DNA of 64,000 nucleotides from Octopus vulgaris (taxonomy: Eukaryota). Every line of letters starts with the position of its first letter. Position 1 is the stretch's first letter. Below are positions 56,921 through 64,000 of this stretch, piece after piece. A program made the position numbers and the translations under genes. The notes below the pieces were generated by a model. It searched no databases. It was not told the DNA's origin and worked only from the letters and a program-made list of their open reading frames with translations. The stretch is from the NCBI GenBank assembly GCA_951406725.2, contig OX597829.1, positions 47,120,001-47,184,000 of the forward strand, given 5' to 3'.

Positions 56921-56977
56921 TCTCTGGATGGGCCAATTTCTGGATTAACCCAAAGGTTTTCCCTTCATCAGTAGAGA
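56921..56977 (-). ncRNA. Possible degenerate hammerhead motif
   Basis: - strand: CTGATGA A GGGAAAACC-TTTG-GGTTAATCC A GAAA TTGGCC. Same A..A-flanked stem II layout as 8545-8628; stem III and the cleavage site have decayed. Confidence 0.35.
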
Positions 56978-57426
56978 ATACTTAGGAAATAAATGAAATC
57001 CTTATACATACCCACAGAAAAGCAGACGTAATGCCATGAACGCATATAAGTACCCCAAATATATTTATATCGATATGCAATTATGTACTAATAATAGAGG
57101 TGATATTTAATGTGTTTCGACGGTTTAGCATCTCCTTTCAACATATAAGCAAGAATTCTTTTCTATACCCCAAATTATAATTATATATATATATATATAT
57201 CGTGATTATGATAGTATATATTCATACACTAATGTAAATTCGGATATGTACTTTAAACTAGGGGCATTTAATTAGAAATCGGGAAGATAAACCATTTCAC
57301 TGAAAATGAAAAACAAACCAAATCCATAGTTAGAATAATGTGTCTAAAAAAATCATACACATGTATTCTTGTGTCTGTGGTTTTCTAAGCATGTACATAC
57401 ACACACAGATACACACACAGACACGC

Positions 57427-57605
<179 letters not shown>

Positions 57606-58049
57606 TAAAACTCTAGTTTTCCGTTAAGATTAGTAAAAAATATTCCATCCATTGAAGGATAGATATCAATTAACGCACACTGTATAAAGAAAAGAGTTAC
57701 TAATACCTTAATACCTTCCAGCTATGAAGACGTGTAGCTAGGCAGATTTTTATGACGCTCCTTATGTCTCCAGGCAATCACCAAGTACATAGCTTGTTCT
57801 ATTTGAAAATTAGGGCGTTGGTACATGTGAAAACCCGAATAAACCAAGGATGTTGATAAAAAAAAGTAATGTTAATACGAATAAAAGTAGGAAAAGAAAT
57901 GAAAGTACATTAGATTTACGTTCCCGTTGGCTGCAGAAGATATAAACTAGTATTGTAGAATAATTCAACGGGAAGGTGTCTAAAGGCATTGAGACAGCTG
58001 TTCAATCTGGAGAAGCGGGTGTCTTCTAGTTTGCGAAAAGAAATTGTCT

Positions 58050-58655
58050 ATATGCTCACATCTGCTGAAAACTTGTATCTGGAATCCAGAAATGTGGTGG
58101 AATTCCTAAATTTAAAATGATTGTGCGATCTTTCAGCTATGCATAAGTTGCATTTCTTAGATCCATTTACATATGGCATGAATTTCTCTATTATTCTCCG
58201 CATGATTGTATGTGGTAAGCTGTTGGTCGTCAAACCCTGTACGTTGCTAGCCAACTAAGTGGCTTTGCTTTATTTTTCTCGATGCTTCAGAAAGAAGACT
58301 GGTGGATTGCATAACGTCTTTTGAAATTTCCTTCGCACAAGCCAATGTAATTTTTCTTTTCAAATACGTTACCTTGAAGCGTTGTTGTAACTTTTGCCTC
58401 AGAAAGAACGGAATTTATCATACACGCCTGTCCAAGTGAGCAAGCTTCATTGTCTTCACAGTTACAATTAAGAGCGGACTCTTGGTGATACTTACGAGTG
58501 ATAATGTTATTCATATAGAGGCAGCAAATGTATGATAGTTTTATTCAGTGTCAATTGAAAGTTTTCCTGTATTTATGGTCAAGGTTTAGTGAGGCGTGCT
58601 TATCTGAAAGAGACAGGGATTTCTTACTTATGTCAGTTTTAACATTTAGCTAAAT
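58050..58655 (-). pseudogene. Penelope-like element ORF remnant: RT-EN linker + GIY-YIG endonuclease
   Basis: NVKTDISKK..LSDKH...HKYRKTFN...IKLSY.C..MNNII...CNCEDNEACSLGQAC...YIGLCEGNFKRRYAIHQSSF...PYVNGSKKCNLCIAE follows the PLE pattern CNC..CPL.G.C...YIG..E..FK.RY..H..SF...C.LC..E. Confidence 0.85.
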
Positions 58656-58699
58656 CAATTTCCCAAACATCTTCGTCACCATTGATTTAAAAACTGGTC

Positions 58700-59620
58700 T
58701 CTGTCCACATTCATTCTCTGTAAACCAGCTAGCCCCCACTCTTACTCCGTATTCGCATCTCTCTTCCCACAAAACCACTCCATGTCCTCAATCCTCTATT
58801 CACAATTACTATGCCTTCGACGAATCTGTAGCTATGTTCACGATTTTCGAATTCATTCCCACTAAATGGCCTTCAAGTTGATGTGTCGAGGTTATCTCCA
58901 TGCCATTATCTATAATGCTAACCTCCACGCTTATGTTGTTGATCGTATCTCCGCAGTTAAGTGCTGCAACCACCCCGCCCTTATCCGTTTCCCCTTCTCG
59001 TTCATCTTTCACCCCAATACATTATTTCTTTGACATTCTATCTTGTGACGTTTTTCCTACTCCGTTTGCAACCTGCCACCTTCTTCATATTCAACGAAGG
59101 ACAACTACTTTGCTTCAAATAGGCCCGCGGCATGTGTGACCTTTTAGTTCGCAGCCCTATTGAATCTTCTAATGTTCAACACGTATCTTTCCCTGGTCCC
59201 GACACCGGTTCCACATATCATGTAGTTCAGAACAATACCGCTTCTTGGGCTCCAGCAAATGTCATCTCCTCATCACTGACCATTTCTCCCAGCACCACTA
59301 AACATATTATTTACTGCCTCAAATGTCAGTTTTGTGGGTTAGACGTAAAAACAGACGTAGGTTTGTGGATTATATCACTAAACATTTACGTTAATCCGCC
59401 AAACATTTACGTAAAAATCATTTAGGTAAAAAAACATTTACGGAAAATCTACCAAAACCACCCCAAATTGCAAGCTGGACGTAACTCACATAACTCGGAC
59501 ACAGCATTTCCCATCTGTCAGTCAGTGATTTTATTTCATACCACTGCTTACAACTACAAAAAGAAAAACAACACTTCACCATTCGTCACAGTACTTCCGC
59601 CTTTCATCATGAAAGCAGTA
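58700..59620 (+). pseudogene. Second, different Penelope-like element remnant (Neptune-like GIY-YIG), highly degraded
   Basis: Fragments PYSHL, PLSI, RFPFSFIFHP, DLLVRS, HIIYCLKCQFCG and GHSISHLSV parallel the PLE motifs PYSQ, GYP, RIPLV.TYHP, DLLVRS, NVIYCI.C..C and GHS...L.V, in the expected order. Confidence 0.65.
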
Positions 59621-62158
59621 GCTATGATAACATAAATGTACTCTACCACACTGCACTCTGTCTTCTCACACTCACCCCAATATAGTATAACACACTTTTA
59701 CACACTAATCCTACGCACTATACGACACAGTTATCACCTACATAAACTGAACATACCACACGCCTCATAGATACATCAGTAAAAACACACACGGAGAAAT
59801 ATATCCATGTGTGTGTATGCTTGTGTGTGCGCGTGTAATGTATACATGTGTATATATGTATGAATTATGGATGTATGTATGTATTGATTGGTTGACTGAT
59901 TGATTGTTTGATTGATTGACTGACTGACTGATTTTCATGAACTTAGATTACTTTATATGCTGTGGAAAATGATACAGCATCAAAGAAGTCAGAACTGTGC
60001 TTTAGTCTTATTTTCAAATTGCCTAAGTTGGATAACATTTTAACCCCATTGCGGAGTTGGGAAAAGAAAGACTCATGAGACGTCAGATGCTGCTACTTTT
60101 CGTGGAATGTGAAGTTCGGTAAAATACTATATGATGTAAAAGCAGTAGAGAGAGGAAGGTTAAATACTCGAAAACATACCATACAAGGCATTGATAAGGA
60201 AGCCATGTGCATAATATAGATTTTTCGGTAAATTTCAGAGCGTATTTCAGCGTAGAGCTTACCGTTTTTATACACTGGAAAAAAATTGCTAATTCTATAA
60301 ATAAAAGCATAAAAGTTAAATATAATTATAAGTAAAGAAAGAAATGGTAGATATTTTCAATTCGACGAAAGTAATTTTTTTTTTCGTGGGGGTTGGTTAC
60401 CATTACGCTATAATAGTATAAATGATGTTACGTTTTAAACACTTTTGACATTACAATGAAAACTTTAACTTTAAGATCAACTGGTCTTTTACAATGTTGC
60501 GACATATTTTCTGTTCCAGTAACATTAATATAGGAACCATCACACACGCACATAAAAGACATATTGGTGCAAACTCATGCACGCACATGTAGATGCATAT
60601 AAAGATACACAAGTATCTACTTGCCTAAATATATGTGTGTGCGAGTGTGCGTGTGTGCGTTTGTGTGTGCGTTTATGTGTGTGTTTGTGTGTGTGTTTCT
60701 GTGTGTGTGTTTGTGTGTGTGTGTGTTTGTGTGAGTGTGTTTCTGTGTGTATCTATATGCACAGTCACATATTTTGGTCTAAATTGAGGTGAAAAGCAGT
60801 AACTCGTATCAACATTACTGGCATTCAACACACGCATACATGTACACGCAGGCACTCTCGCAGACACACACAGACACACATATACACACACACACACATA
60901 CACACATAAATGCACACACAAGCACTCTCACAGATACATACATACACACATACACACATACATGCACACAAAAGCACACACATGTACACTCACAGACACA
61001 CACAAATTCACACACATACACACACACGCACACATGCATGCACACACGCACACACACAAACTCACACACATACACACACATATATATATGTGTGTGTGTG
61101 TATGTGTGTGTTGTAGTGATGATGGGTTTGTAATATTGTCACTTTCTAACTTACAGAATTCTACCCAAATATAGATGACTTACGATAAAAAGCAGTATTT
61201 ATTGCATTGCTTAACGCAGACACTTTGCACTCATCACAAACAAAAGTAGATAATTGAGAGATGGCGTATAGATGTACAGAAATTTCAAATCCGGGCGGTT
61301 GTGTCTACACTGAGCACATTGGGACCGAAATGTTATAAAAAGTCAACATGACGTCACTCTGAGGATGTGTGTGCGATTGTGTGGGTGTGTGCCTGTGTGT
61401 GTGTGTGTGTGTGTGATTTTATATATATATATATATATTATATATGTTTCTTTATATATGTATGCGTTTATATACGTGTGTGTGTGCGTGTGTGTGCATT
61501 TGTGTATGTATACACCTGTTACTAACGAACTGCACGAATTAGTAGTTATCGTAAAAACGGTAATAAAGTGTTCTTTTACCAGAACTTTTCTTAGTTCTCC
61601 GGTACTACAGGTTTCCTATTGACAGAGGTCAACAATTTTGCAAACACAATTCATAATACAAAACTTATTATTATTATATATATATATATAGGTGTATCTG
61701 TATACATAATATGTGCGAAGATGTATATGTACATATATATATATGTATATATATGTATGTATATATGTGTGTGTGTGTATACACTTCTATGTGCGTACCT
61801 GTATAAATTCATTTCTGGCGGAGAAATTCATAAGTCCATATATGTGACGGACATTTAACGTTTGGCGTTTGCTCCTTTGTGTGTGCTCAAATCCTCTGAG
61901 ATCCAAATCATTTTAACTATCTCTGTCTCGCTTAAACGGTAAAAAAGCATACAATATTCACTTTTGACAATTTTTCGGATTATTTTTTTTTTTCATTTTT
62001 TTGTTGGTATAAACAACAATTTTGCATGGATCGCCATCCAAGCGTGAAGCATTATCAACACATTATACAAATCTGTATGTTATTTATACAAACATACTCA
62101 CACAGATATATACATAAAAACGCACATACATGTATGCATGCATATACGTAACCACATG

Positions 62159-62236
<78 letters not shown>

Positions 62237-62361
62237 AACATGTATATGTATATATGTATATATATGTATATATATATATATACAATCTAAGTAATGAAAT
62301 GTGCTCATACCTTCGTATAGTTCATATACATCCATCCACCCATCTATCCATCCATCCATGC

Positions 62362-62420
<59 letters not shown>

Positions 62421-62655
62421 TATGCATGTACATTTACGTGCATGAGTGATGTGTGAATGACCAAATAAACAATTATATCTAACAAGGTGTATGATTTCTG
62501 ATAGGCAAAGCTTGGTTATGACAATATCTGTAAAACAAAAGAAATGAGAGTTGAACAAGTTGCATGCATATCTATCATATTTTAAATGTGTGTTATTTAT
62601 GAGTATATATATATAATTATATCTATATGATTACATATATACACATATATACGTG

Positions 62656-62714
<59 letters not shown>

Positions 62715-62811
62715 ATATATACATATATGTATATATAAGTATATAAATACATATGTATATATATAATACATATATATTCCTCTATCTTTACTGAGTGCCA
62801 CATGTCTATTC

Positions 62812-62879
<68 letters not shown>

Positions 62880-62950
62880 TCATATTTATATATATATATA
62901 TTTATATATTCATATATATAGATATATGTATATATATATATAATTTCATA

Positions 62951-63016
<66 letters not shown>

Positions 63017-63534
63017 CATACATACATGTGTACACAAAGATAAATGTACAAATATTTTAATAAACATACATATATATATATATATGCATAGGGCAGATCA
63101 TGTACATAATATAGATGTTTTTCAGCAACTTTCAATGCATTTCTTGGCTTATTTAAGCTTAGTGCTTCTAGGTTTGCATATTGGAAAATGTTGCCAATTG
63201 TATGAATTAAAAATTAATCGCTAAATATAGATAAAAGTAAAGCAAGAGATGTTATATATTAGATTTGAACGGAAATAGTATCATTTTTTTTTTACCTCTT
63301 TACGCTAATATGGATATAATCGGTGTTATATTTAAAGCTCCTTTGGTATAGGCTACGTTAAAGTTCACTTTAAAATGACCGGTTTATTAAATACTGGGAC
63401 TTATTTTATGGACATGAAACATTGATCCAGAAATAAATAAATATATATATATATTATGTATGTATGCATATATATATACATATATAAGTATATGAAAGAA
63501 TGGAGTTGAACGACTAGTTAACAAATATCCTTTA

Positions 63535-63617
63535 TTCTCGACATATGTTTCGAAGGCTGCATATTCCTAATTCCAAAGGAATAAGGAGTACATTATGCAG
63601 ATTTCTCATCAGGAAAA
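63535..63617 (-). ncRNA. Type-I hammerhead ribozyme motif, intact, with long stem II
   Basis: - strand: TTTTC CTGATGA GAAATCTGCATA...TATGCAGCCTTC GAAA CATATG TC GAGAA, overlapped at its 3' end by AATAAA. All core nucleotides are present, stem I is 5 bp and stem III is palindromic. Predicted cleavage between 63540 and 63539. Confidence 0.85.
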
Positions 63618-63760
63618 TCAAGGAACTTATGTCGACATCAAAATTCAACTACTCAAATATATATATACATTCATACATATACATATATACACATATGTAT
63701 ATGTATATAAGTAGATATATGTATACTATAAATGCATACTCGTATATATATATATATATG

Positions 63761-63816
<56 letters not shown>

Positions 63817-64000
63817 TAATTACATATGTAATTGCATGAACAAGTGTGTTTGTATGGGTTTGTATAATATGATTTTATATATATATGGTTATACTGATAT
63901 ACACGTACGTAGGCATGTACGTGTGTTCGTGCATGTGATTATACACACACACTCAAACACACACACACATACATATATACATATATATATACATATATAT

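Noticed and set aside
57105-57142. GATG/CGTC stem followed by GAAAC on the - strand
   Set aside because: The catalytic core is too damaged to call a hammerhead.

Overview
AT-rich, extremely microsatellite-dense eukaryotic non-coding DNA. The repeat content and SINE style suggest an octopus/cephalopod genome, which is an inference. I found no convincing host protein-coding exon: almost all ORF-track entries are translations of (TA)n, (CATA)n, (ATT)n, (CAGT)n, (CTT)n or (GA)n repeats. The real content is transposon-derived: two tRNA-derived SINE families (over a dozen copies); a 5'-truncated, rearranged L1/Tx1-type LINE (ORF1 tail + AP endonuclease + RT, 43668-46231); a CR1-type LINE 3' end whose tail matches one SINE family; two Penelope-like (GIY-YIG) remnants; two non-autonomous Helitrons; hAT and Tc1/mariner MITEs; and a 2-kb satellite made of tandem piggyBac-type MITEs. 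The most interesting signal is a dispersed set of about a dozen intact or degenerate type-I hammerhead-ribozyme motifs. They have different sequences but a shared architecture (CUGAnGA / stem II / GAAA / short palindromic stem III / NUH). They sit in short non-coding cassettes often embedded in (TA)n, and four loci are head-to-head inverted pairs. This looks like a diverse population of Penelope-related or retrozyme-like non-autonomous elements.
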